Shown: in pieces, positions 1 to 8,553 of the stretch
Numbering within the stretch: the first letter of the stretch is position 1
How the letters are laid out: each line of letters opens with the position of its first letter
From: Ignavibacteriota bacterium
Lineage (GTDB): Bacteria > Bacteroidota > Ignavibacteria > UBA10030
Direction: 5' to 3'
Assembly: GCA_963701295.1 (NCBI GenBank)
Contig: OY969585.1
Span: 1,792,001-1,856,000 of the forward strand
DNA length: 64,000 nucleotides
Notes under the pieces: model-generated
Told to the model about the DNA's origin: nothing
Databases searched by the model: none
The model's input: only the letters and a program-made list of their open reading frames with translations
Program-made: the position numbers and the translations under genes

Positions 1-1
1 C

Positions 2-358
2 ATTTGTTTAGAGAAAGATGGAAAACAAAAGGTGGAATTCAAGAAGGAAGTACAAAGAACAGGTTTATATCGCATCGACATCAGGTACGCAAATGGAAAT
101 GGCCCCATCAACACCGACAATAAATGCGCCATTCGGACTTTGCTAGTGAATGATAAATCTGTCGGCTCAATTGTCATGCCACAGCGCGGGGCCGGCATCT
201 GGAGCGATTGGGGATTCTCAAGTTCTTTGTTCGTCAGAATTGAAAAGGGGATCAATACGTTTGCTCTTGTATTTACTCCCTTCAATAGTAATATGAATGT
301 GGATGAAAACATCGCTCTTCTTGATGACTTCCGCTTAACATTCGTTTCAGATAAATAG
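2..358 (+). CDS. C-terminal fragment of a carbohydrate-active protein (CBM6/CBM35-like module), 5'-truncated by the window edge
   Basis: Frame open from position 2; motifs 'YRIDIRYANG', 'RTLLVN', 'MPQRG...WSDWGFS', 'GINTF' fit a CBM35-like beta-sandwich. Confidence 0.6.
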   Translation: MCLEKDGKQKVEFKKEVQRTGLYRIDIRYANGNGPINTDNKCAIRTLLVNDKSVGSIVMPQRGAGIWSDWGFSSSLFVRIEKGINTFALVFTPFNSNMNVDENIALLDDFRLTFVSDK

Positions 359-377
359 ACGATTAAGAACTTACCTC

Positions 378-1262
378 ATGCTCTATCGTGATTTTGGAAA
401 TGCAGGATTCAAGGTATCTGTTCTGGGATATGGGGCTGGAATGCTTGGTGCAGATCATCTTTCAGAGAAAAATGCCGACCAATTACTCAATCGAGTTGTT
501 GATCTGGGAATGACATTGATCGATACCGCGCGCGGGTATGGTAGATCTGAAGAACGTGTTGGAAGATTTCTCCAGCATCGTCGTCATGAAATCATTCTTT
601 CGACAAAAGTAGGATATGGAATTCCAAGTCATCCCGATTGGACGTATGAGTGCGTTCAAGCCGGTATAGAGGAAGCGTTGCGCCGACTAGGGACCGATTA
701 CATCGATATTGTGCACCTGCATTCTTGTCCACGGAATATTTTAGAAGAGGGAGGATCGCTTCGTGCTTTAGAGAATGCTGTCGCATCCGGCAAAGTGCGA
801 GTTGCAGCATACTCGGGCGAGAATGAAGCGCTGGATTGGGCAGTTCATTCAGGCAGATTCGGAAGTGTCGAGCATTCGGTGAATATCTGTGATCAGCGTG
901 TTATCGATGGAGCGTTGACGCTGGCAACATCGCTAAGATTAGGTATTATTGCGAAACGTCCGTTAGCGAATGCACCGTGGCGCTTTATCGAGTGTCCGAA
1001 AGGAGAATATGTCGAAGAATATTGGTGGCGCTGGAAGACGATGAATCTTGATACGCGGGGACTTGAATGGCAGGAATTAGCATTACGGTTCTCTGCGTTC
1101 ATGCCAGGTGTAAGCTCGTGCATCGTAGGAACATCCCAAATCAGTCACGTTCTTGAGAACATCCACTATATTGAAAATGGTCCGTTAGATGAGGACCATA
1201 CCTCGCTCATCAGGAAAGTGTTTCGTGAAAACGATCCAGGCTCGTGGATTGGACAAATATGA
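378..1262 (+). CDS. Aldo/keto reductase
   Basis: 'VSVLGYG', 'IDTARGYG.SEE', 'ILSTKVG', 'LRRLGTDYIDIVHLH' AKR motifs. Confidence 0.9.
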   Translation: MLYRDFGNAGFKVSVLGYGAGMLGADHLSEKNADQLLNRVVDLGMTLIDTARGYGRSEERVGRFLQHRRHEIILSTKVGYGIPSHPDWTYECVQAGIEEALRRLGTDYIDIVHLHSCPRNILEEGGSLRALENAVASGKVRVAAYSGENEALDWAVHSGRFGSVEHSVNICDQRVIDGALTLATSLRLGIIAKRPLANAPWRFIECPKGEYVEEYWWRWKTMNLDTRGLEWQELALRFSAFMPGVSSCIVGTSQISHVLENIHYIENGPLDEDHTSLIRKVFRENDPGSWIGQI

Positions 1263-1321
1263 ATACTTCAATGTATACAAACAAGAGCATATGTCATGGA
1301 AAAATCGGACCCTCAAAACCG

Positions 1322-1333
1322 TTTGTAGCGGGG
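1322..1333 (-). repeat. Copy of tRNA-Met 3' end (att-like direct repeat 1)
   Basis: TTTGTAGCGGGG is identical to 19581-19592. Confidence 0.55.
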
Positions 1334-2328
1334 AAGACCTATTCGGCTATCGCTAGCTTGTTAGAAGTCCACGTAATGTAATACTGATTTTCTAAATTGT
1401 CATCGTAACCGAAATCGTAACACAAGTTAGCTTGACTCTGGCTTGGGTCATAAATGAAGTTACGATTTTATGATGGATATTCTGTTAACAGATTTGTGAA
1501 ATCATTTTTTGTACTTTCAATAAATCGTAACTGTAAAATTGTAAGGAAGGATAGATTAATGGGACAATCAGAACTACGAGACAGATAAGCTGATCCGCTG
1601 GAGGCATTTCATTTCTTTTCGGAGCGGGAGAGTGAACTTGATCGAACTCAGTCCCGAATTCGAAACTCTTTTCATCGATTTTCAATAATTTCCATGCAAT
1701 ATTAGTTAATAAGAATGGTCTTATATCACACATTGAAAGTTCCGATGGTGAGCCATTCTATAATGACCTCCTTGCTATAATCAGATTTTTTTACCAATGG
1801 GTGAATAAGCGAAGAATCGTTTTGGTGCAGGGAACTTTTGTCGTGTAATATTTGTCTATCTATTTGTAACCATCGAAGCCGTTGAGTAATCATGAAGATA
1901 ATGTAATTAAAACAGCATGTTTCGTTGCGGAATAAAAAATGAAAGGACAAAGATCTATAGAACCTTGATGACCTTTTAAAGCGAATAATACTTTCGCCGG
2001 GGTAAATATGCTGGTTCGATCTGCTTCAAATTACATAGTAGATTTATTAAGTCATTTCATACCACCTGCACATCTGTGCGGTAGAACTTCCCCTTTTCTG
2101 GGAGGTGATACAAGGTGGTTTTTTTTGTCATCATCGATCGTTTCCCAAAGAGGAAATTTCTTAGCGGAGAGAGACTTTCCTCGGGTCGGTGTATTGAACG
2201 GATTACGGTTGATCTGGGCATCACGTTGCTAGCTGTCTCCACATACTTTATCGCGCAAGCCGTTCTGCCATTTACCTCCGTTTCCAAGCACTATAATCTT
2301 TATAAAAAAATACGTTAATAGATTCGAT

Positions 2329-3144
2329 ATGAAAAAAATAAATTATCACGCTTCATTTTTACAAAGTATATATTTTATAATCTATTTAATCCTGTCTTCA
2401 GTCATAATATTTACTCCGATAATAATCACGGGATCTGTCTATATAACAGAAAAATTTATCCTTGATGAAGAAATAGCCGAAGTGTTTCTTCTTTGCATTC
2501 TGTTTTCGCTGAGTATTTTGATATTTAAATTATATAAACAAGAAGCTTTTAAACAAGAAGAATTCATTAAAAAAATGAAAAATGATAAAAAGACGACCGA
2601 GGAAAGGCTTTTTGATTCACTAAGTTATATTGGTAAAGTAAATGTCCAAATTGAAGAAATGAAGTCAATATTTAATACTACGAACACATATCCGGAAACA
2701 AAAAATGATTTTAAAAAAACTTTTCGTTTCCTTAGCGAGCGCGTTCTTGGAATTGTAAATACAAATTGGGCTTTATTGAGAATAATTAACAGCAATACCC
2801 AGAGAACAATCAGCGAGTGCTTTGAAACACGGCAAGGTTTTTCATGTCAGTATCCTCACGTGAGCAATAGAATGATCCTTGAAAAACAACTCATTTCGCC
2901 TTTTACTACAGTCATTTCGAATTCGCAAAATTTAAATATCCTCGTTTGTTGTACTATGCCCATTGATAAAATCAGCAATGATCAACGTGTGTTTATTCAA
3001 GCTATTATAAATGAGATTATTATGCTGTTCATTATTTTAAATTCCTCATATTACAAAAACGGAAATACTATATTTGAAGAAAATATATCTATTAAAAAAC
3101 AGAGTAACAATAATTTATATCCGATGACAGCATATATGCGATGA
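2329..3144 (+). CDS. AT-rich hypothetical membrane protein (2 N-terminal TM helices, coiled coil)
   Basis: 271-aa ORF with two hydrophobic segments and very low GC; no family recognised. Confidence 0.65.
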   Translation: MKKINYHASFLQSIYFIIYLILSSVIIFTPIIITGSVYITEKFILDEEIAEVFLLCILFSLSILIFKLYKQEAFKQEEFIKKMKNDKKTTEERLFDSLSYIGKVNVQIEEMKSIFNTTNTYPETKNDFKKTFRFLSERVLGIVNTNWALLRIINSNTQRTISECFETRQGFSCQYPHVSNRMILEKQLISPFTTVISNSQNLNILVCCTMPIDKISNDQRVFIQAIINEIIMLFIILNSSYYKNGNTIFEENISIKKQSNNNLYPMTAYMR

Positions 3145-3569
3145 TGGTTCGTTTGAAGTAACCTCGCATATCTTGCTCCTTTCATTACCTTCAAGGGTAT
3201 ATGAAGCTGTCTCTTTTATCGGACAGCCCTTGCATTTCAACGAATGCTTGTCGCATTATCGAATTAATTTGTGGTAAGATCTTTCAAAAGGATAATGGAA
3301 TCCAATGAAAATAATTCTCAACAGATTAACTTTACCTTACCCGTATAAAAAGATCTGAAAGAGGTACGGGAAGTGTTGAATGAGACATGAGACATGGACT
3401 TTTTAGAATTATATTGGATAAAACGAAAATATAAATAATTTCAGTTTCAATATGTTCGATTCTGTAAAATAGCACATATGAGAAAATAATTCACATGCGC
3501 TCTGGTTTGGAGGTTCATCTCGGGGTCATGAAAGAAAAGAGGCCGAAACTTTTCAGAATCGGCCTTTCG

Positions 3570-3579
3570 TGTAGCGGGG
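3570..3579 (-). repeat. Copy of tRNA-Met 3' end (att-like direct repeat 2) next to a terminator-like hairpin
   Basis: TGTAGCGGGG preceded by AGGCCGA...TCGGCCT, the same layout as at the intact tRNA. Confidence 0.6.
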
Positions 3580-3967
3580 CCCAAAGTATAGTCTAAAGAA
3601 ACTTCTTAACATATAGTTAAATCGTATAAATTCTTCTCTGGTAAAGCTTTATACGGTTTCATTGTCGAATTATGCACATTTAAAATTCTACAAAGACACT
3701 AAATCCTGTCATTTATTAGAACGTTAAGTGAGGTCAAGATGATTTTGGACCATGGTAATATGGTGCATTATTCGCTTGTAAACATTGACGAAATAGATAA
3801 AAGTTGGCAAATGGAACTAGACCCGTCGTTTACTGGTCAACCTTCAAAAAACCGGGAGACAAAATAGGAAAGTACTGACGCGATAAATTGACAAGAGGTT
3901 GGTGAAATTACGACAGATATTGTCCTCGAAACCTTTTAAGTTTAAATAGACACTCAGGAGGGATACC

Positions 3968-4138
3968 GTGCTGTGCAGAATGAGTCGGCAAGATGAAATA
4001 GAGACAGAGGAAGAATATAAAACTCGCAGAAATCTATTATATGAACAAGCAGAGAATACGAGTATCGACGGATGGAGAAGTATAAAAGAGAAAGACGCCA
4101 CGCACATTGTCCAACAGAAAGGAAGGAAAGAATTATGA
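3968..4138 (+). CDS. Small 56-aa hypothetical protein translationally coupled to the downstream gene
   Basis: AGGAGG RBS before GTG; stop overlaps the next ATG (ATGA); below the ORF-track cut-off. Confidence 0.4.
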   Translation: MLCRMSRQDEIETEEEYKTRRNLLYEQAENTSIDGWRSIKEKDATHIVQQKGRKEL

Positions 4139-4638
4139 AGAACGAGAATAAGGAGATTGTAAAACAGTATATCGAAAACATCTTGAATACTGGAAATGCC
4201 GAAGATCTATCGACGTTTATTTCACCCCACTATACCGAGGTCCTTAACAATAAGAGGTATCATCTGGGGATTAAAGGAATCCGGAAAAAAATCACGGGAA
4301 TCCGCGAGATATATCCCGATTTGAAATTATCCATCGATGTACAAATTACCGAAGGCGACTGGGTTGTTACGAGCTACATCATGAACGGAACACAGGTCGG
4401 TAGCTGGATGGGTATCAGACCGACAGGAAAAACCGTTGAAGTCCGGGGAGTCAATATAGACAGGGTCGTTGATAGTAAAATAACGGAACATGAAAGCAGC
4501 ACGGATCTCGTTGATCCGTTAATAGAATTCAATCAACACTCGCAACACTCAACACATTGGATCAAAGATAATTTGCAGAATAAATTTGTTGCAAAGAATG
4601 AAGATGTTAAGACCATATGCGAAACGGAGGTTGCATAA
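4135..4638 (+). CDS. SnoaL-like ester cyclase / NTF2-like protein
   Basis: 'NKEIVKQY', 'YPDL', 'EGDWV', 'GT..G.WMGI.PTGK.V' motifs; ATG 4135 follows a purine-rich RBS. Confidence 0.85.
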   Translation: MKNENKEIVKQYIENILNTGNAEDLSTFISPHYTEVLNNKRYHLGIKGIRKKITGIREIYPDLKLSIDVQITEGDWVVTSYIMNGTQVGSWMGIRPTGKTVEVRGVNIDRVVDSKITEHESSTDLVDPLIEFNQHSQHSTHWIKDNLQNKFVAKNEDVKTICETEVA

Positions 4639-4660
4639 CCATAAATACTTTTCCTTCTTT

Positions 4661-4693
4661 TCAAAGGTGTTTGCGAAAGCAGGCACCTTTTGA
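4661..4693 (+). terminator. Intrinsic terminator-like hairpin
   Basis: AAAGGTGTTTGC-GAAA-GCAGGCACCTTTT. Confidence 0.6.
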
Positions 4694-4882
4694 ATCGTCA
4701 CCCCAATATTCCATCACACAAAACCACTCAAGAAAAACAAGTGCATTTAATGCTTGATTTTGGGTTGAGGATGCCGCATATTTGCACTGTACGAGATAAG
4801 AGAGGAGAGTTAACTTATCTCGTTTTCACCAGACGCCGACAGGACGAATCTTTTTTATCTAGACAAGGTGAAGAGCGCTGAA

Positions 4883-4912
4883 TTGACAAGGGAAGTGAGA
4901 AATAGTTAGGCT
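4883..4912 (+). promoter_or_regulatory. Candidate cassette promoter (Pc-like)
   Basis: TTGACA(4883)-N18-TAGGCT(4907), pointing into the array. Confidence 0.45.
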
Positions 4913-4979
4913 GCAATATGCAGTCTAACACACAAAAAAGCGTATTAGGCTGCGATATGCAGTCTAATCAGAGTTAGCC
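4905..4979 (+). other. attI-like integron recombination site
   Basis: Core GTTAGCC at 4973 with GTCTAAT just upstream and no attC arm; the following GTTAGCCAGCGCAAA is the exact reverse complement of the end of cassette 1 (TTTGCGCTGGCTAAC); two 25-bp palindromic direct repeats upstream. Confidence 0.7.
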
Positions 4980-4995
4980 AGCGCAAAGGATTATA

Positions 4996-5589
4996 ATGAG
5001 AAACGCTATCATAGTAATGCTAAATATTGTTTTTCTTCAAGGTCTTTTCAGTCAAGACTCAACCAAAATCATGGATATGGAACTATCACCAAAAGGCGAT
5101 ATTGAACTCCAATATGTAGATAGCGATTCTTGCCTTTGCATGGATGTCTGGTTGATTAGTCAAGAAGATTCAACACAGAAATTTATATTAGATTCTGCTA
5201 CTACTCTAGGTACAAAGTATTTCTTTTCTCCAGATGAGAATTGGATAGCTGCAAATTTTGAATATGTTAGCAATTACAGAACGGTTATTCTTTTTAAACG
5301 TGTTGAAGGTATTCGGTACAAGAAAGTCGAGAATGCTCAAATTTATGAAAAAGGTGTCGAATTTATGGCGAAGATCAGGCATCTTCGTAATGTTCCAGAA
5401 TTTGGACATAGTATAGCTGAGATATTAAAATGGTCACCAGACTCGAAATCATTTCTTTTCAAAATTCGTGCTTGGGATAACAATCAGGGATTCACCATTA
5501 GGGATTGGACAAGTATATTTAATGTAGAATTACTTTCGGTCTCAGGAGATAAACGAAATAATGGTTGGCTTATTCATGAGCGTAAATAA
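4996..5589 (+). CDS. Cassette 1: secreted hypothetical protein with PD40/TolB-like motifs
   Basis: Signal peptide; 'FSPDENWIA', 'WSPDSKSF'. Confidence 0.65.
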   Translation: MRNAIIVMLNIVFLQGLFSQDSTKIMDMELSPKGDIELQYVDSDSCLCMDVWLISQEDSTQKFILDSATTLGTKYFFSPDENWIAANFEYVSNYRTVILFKRVEGIRYKKVENAQIYEKGVEFMAKIRHLRNVPEFGHSIAEILKWSPDSKSFLFKIRAWDNNQGFTIRDWTSIFNVELLSVSGDKRNNGWLIHERK

Positions 5590-5601
5590 TTGATTTGCGC
5601 T

Positions 5602-5760
5602 GGCTAACCAGCGGCTCAAACTGACCGAATGAGCGTCGGTACGTTAAGCATGGCGCGTAGATGTGTAGATGTTTAATAATAAACTTTTCAGCATGGACTT
5701 GTTTCGTTTAATGTGTTTTGAAAGTTATCAGTGCGGCAGCTTAGCCGCCATCCGTTAGGC
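5602..5760 (+). repeat. attC site 1 (159 bp)
   Basis: GGCTAAC...GCGGCTCAAACTGACCG / CGGCAGCTTAGCCGC...GTTAGGC. Confidence 0.9.
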
Positions 5761-5784
5761 GCCACCATGTAAAAGAAGTGACGA

Positions 5785-6456
5785 ATGCTCATACAATTAC
5801 TAAATCAAATGGTAGCCTGTAAACAGTGTAGTTTTACCGACGAGAAGTATCCCCCATTGGCTCCAGTCCGATTAGCAGATGTTGCAAAGGTTATGCTTAT
5901 TGGGGAAAATCCTTCGTGGGAATTTGGTCAACGTGTTCCATTTGATGGAATTACATACAGTGGGCAGGCACTTCATAAGTATTATATTGTTCCAATGAAG
6001 AAGGCTTTCAATTTTAGAGAGACTGATTTTTGGATAACTGATCTTTTCAAATGCCGTTATAGAAAAGAAGTGCTTCGCAATAAACGTGTTATGCAGAAAT
6101 CAATCTTCGACAATGCCAAATTGTGCGCAACAAGTTGGTTGCTCGCCGAAATCAAGTTTATTCAACCCATAGTCATTTTAACACTTGGAGATAAAGAAGT
6201 CTACCAAAGACTCCGTAAAATCTTTAACTTATCGTCGTGTCCTACAAAATTCGCAGAAGCAGCATACAGGTTACATTCTATTGTTATAGGAGGACACAAA
6301 TGCCAACTTTTTCCTACTTGCCATCCAGATATTTCTTATTTAAATCCCCGTAAACGCGATGCGAGTTGTAAATGGTCAAAACTGCACCAAAATCAATTTA
6401 TTGAAGTTTTGAAGACAGCGTCGATATTCGGCGATACAAGGATGTTGTCATTGTGA
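5785..6456 (+). CDS. Cassette 2a: uracil-DNA glycosylase superfamily protein
   Basis: N-terminal CxxC, 'VMLIGENP', 'ITDLFKC', 'EI...QP..ILTLG', 'PTCHP'. Confidence 0.8.
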   Translation: MLIQLLNQMVACKQCSFTDEKYPPLAPVRLADVAKVMLIGENPSWEFGQRVPFDGITYSGQALHKYYIVPMKKAFNFRETDFWITDLFKCRYRKEVLRNKRVMQKSIFDNAKLCATSWLLAEIKFIQPIVILTLGDKEVYQRLRKIFNLSSCPTKFAEAAYRLHSIVIGGHKCQLFPTCHPDISYLNPRKRDASCKWSKLHQNQFIEVLKTASIFGDTRMLSL

Positions 6457-6495
6457 CTAAAGAAATTCTATATTCTTTTGCAAGGAGATAAGAAA

Positions 6496-7209
6496 ATGAA
6501 GAGACTTCCAGTTTGCATATATATTGTCTTAATGCTTGCAATTGTCAATCTCAATTGCCAAAATAAGCATGATCAAACTACATTTAAAAATCCAGCACAA
6601 ACATATGAATCTCACACAGAATCTGACTCAGCTAACATGAGTGATGTACCACATGATGTCAGACGTGTTTTTCTCGGCAACGGCTACAGAGAAGCACAAT
6701 GGGGTATGTCCACAAAACAAGTGTCTGATTTACTTCGCGCAAAGATACTTTATCATGACAAAGTCATCACAGACGGAGATATTTTCATCTCTTATAATCT
6801 TGGTGGTGGAAAGTCGGTTACCTGTTATTTTTATAAGAATCTTTTCTATCGAGCAGAGTATTCACCTTCATTCAAAGATGGCGATGAGATTGCTGGTGAA
6901 GCAGTTCTTCACGGTCTGACAGATAAGTATGGTCAGCCGAGACAAATAGGGGGAATGGTAAACGCATGGACAGAATCCCCGCTCATAGTGTACCAATGGG
7001 ATGATGATAGTACTGAAATCAGGTTCCAGATGTGGGATCCTGAGCCACTAAAACGAGCTGGTGGTCTTTATCCAAGCTCGACGATAGCAGTCTCTTACAA
7101 ATCGAAATTTATTTCCATAAAGAAAGAATCGGAGTTGTCGGAATTAAACGACAAAGTGCGCAAGAAATCCGTGCAAGAAAAATTGAAATCTTTAAAAAAT
7201 GACTTCTGA
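6496..7209 (+). CDS. Cassette 2b: exported/lipoprotein-like hypothetical protein
   Basis: Hydrophobic leader ending 'NLNC'; 'GYREAQWGMS' and 'LTDKYG.P' motifs. Confidence 0.65.
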   Translation: MKRLPVCIYIVLMLAIVNLNCQNKHDQTTFKNPAQTYESHTESDSANMSDVPHDVRRVFLGNGYREAQWGMSTKQVSDLLRAKILYHDKVITDGDIFISYNLGGGKSVTCYFYKNLFYRAEYSPSFKDGDEIAGEAVLHGLTDKYGQPRQIGGMVNAWTESPLIVYQWDDDSTEIRFQMWDPEPLKRAGGLYPSSTIAVSYKSKFISIKKESELSELNDKVRKKSVQEKLKSLKNDF

Positions 7210-7237
7210 TTTTATTCATTTTGATAAACATGGCGGC

Positions 7238-7393
7238 GCCTAACCAGGCGCTCAAGCTGACGGAATGAGCGTAGGTACGTTAAGCATGGCGAGTATAGGT
7301 TAGTACAAAATTGAAAGTTATCAGCGTGAACTCAGTTCGTTTAGTGAATTATGAAAATTATCAGCGCCGCAGCTTAGCGCCCATCCGTTAGGC
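7238..7393 (+). repeat. attC site 2 (156 bp)
   Basis: GCCTAAC CAGGCGCTCAAGCTGACGG ... CCGCAGCTTAGCGCCCATCC GTTAGGC. Confidence 0.92.
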
Positions 7394-7592
7394 CGCGCGT
7401 GCGGTGCGCAAGTTATGTATTTTATTTTTATAGAAAGTTTTGTTGTTACGAGTGTTTGAGTGCTGTCTACGTCGTGCCGTTAAAATTGAATATTCGTTTG
7501 CACCGCACGCGCAAGTATCTATTTCGTTGAGTACATTTTGAAAGTATCGGTCGTTGTCTTTCGACCAATGGTGATACAATTAAAATCTGTTG
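7394..7592. other. Cassette 3: ORF-less cassette with an internal 13-bp inverted repeat
   Basis: About 200 bp between attC2 and attC3, no forward ORF; GCGCGTGCGGTGC (7395) / GCACCGCACGCGC (7500). Confidence 0.75.
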
Positions 7593-7745
7593 GCCTAACC
7601 AAGCAACTCAAGCTGACAGAATGAGCGTTGGTACGTTAAGCATGGCGCTTAGAAATTATTGTTTAAAAGATATTATAATAAACTTATTTTGTATTCAGCA
7701 ACTTGCGGCATATCAGCGCTGCAGCTTAGTTGCCGTCCGTTAGGG
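7593..7745 (+). repeat. attC site 3 (153 bp)
   Basis: GCCTAAC..GCAACTCAAGCTG / CAGCTTAGTTGC..GTTAGGG. Confidence 0.9.
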
Positions 7746-7755
7746 CGCAAATCAA

Positions 7756-8301
7756 ATGATGCTTTATATTATTGCTATACTATTTGTTATTAACTTTATT
7801 TCATTCCCTATATTTGCGATAATACTTATGCGTCCATCGAAAGTTCCTGCTCGCATAGATAAAGCAACTGGGAATTGGATAATCTACTATGGCTCACGTT
7901 ATAGGAAATTGGCAATAATTTATGTAGTGCAAATTCCGTTTTGTTTGCTTTGTATATTTTATTCGCTTATTGGTTCGTTCAAAATCGATGCTTTTATTTA
8001 TGTCTACCTTCCAGTAGTTATGTGTATTTATAGTGGGATAGGAATGTTTGTTGCTACATTCCGATATCATATAGAACTTACTCAGGATGCTATCATTGAA
8101 AATCGTATAATAATGAAACCTAGAACTATAATTTGGAATGATGTTAAAAGTATCTTAAACATAGGCTACTCTATTCGTATAACCTCTGTTGATGGACAAA
8201 TAATTCGCATTTCTAAATTAATGAATGGGTGCTCAACTTTTATTGATGTAATAAAAACAAAATTACCTCAATCAATAATCAAAACTATAAAAATTCTCTG
8301 A
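7756..8301 (+). CDS. Cassette 4: membrane protein (3 TM plus PH-like C-terminus)
   Basis: Three hydrophobic helices, then 'I.LT...I......R.I.WNDV.SI' bacterial PH-like pattern. Confidence 0.65.
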   Translation: MMLYIIAILFVINFISFPIFAIILMRPSKVPARIDKATGNWIIYYGSRYRKLAIIYVVQIPFCLLCIFYSLIGSFKIDAFIYVYLPVVMCIYSGIGMFVATFRYHIELTQDAIIENRIIMKPRTIIWNDVKSILNIGYSIRITSVDGQIIRISKLMNGCSTFIDVIKTKLPQSIIKTIKIL

Positions 8302-8307
8302 TTTGCG

Positions 8308-8464
8308 CCCTAACCAGGCGCTCAAGCTGACGGAATGAGCTGGGTGCAATTTACATGGCGAGCAATGTATTTGTTCTTAATAATTCAGTTGGTAGCGTGA
8401 ACTCGTTTCGTTTTGTGCAACTTGATAATTATCAGCGCCGCAGCTTAGCGCCGGTCCGTTAGAA
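8308..8464 (+). repeat. attC site 4 (157 bp)
   Basis: CCCTAAC...GTTAGAA with conserved arms. Confidence 0.92.
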
Positions 8465-8553
8465 CGCACAAAGAACCAATATCTTTTGTACGTATCTATC
8501 GGCAATATATTCGCTTTGTAACAGTCATGCTACCAGATTGAAAGTGATGAGTA

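Noticed and set aside
3790-3900. Riboswitch upstream of the SnoaL operon
   Set aside because: A GGCAAA is present but I could not build the c-di-GMP-I or any other known aptamer structure
1263-4900. Integron integrase upstream of attI
   Set aside because: No ORF on either strand with tyrosine-recombinase R-H-R-H-Y motifs or suitable length
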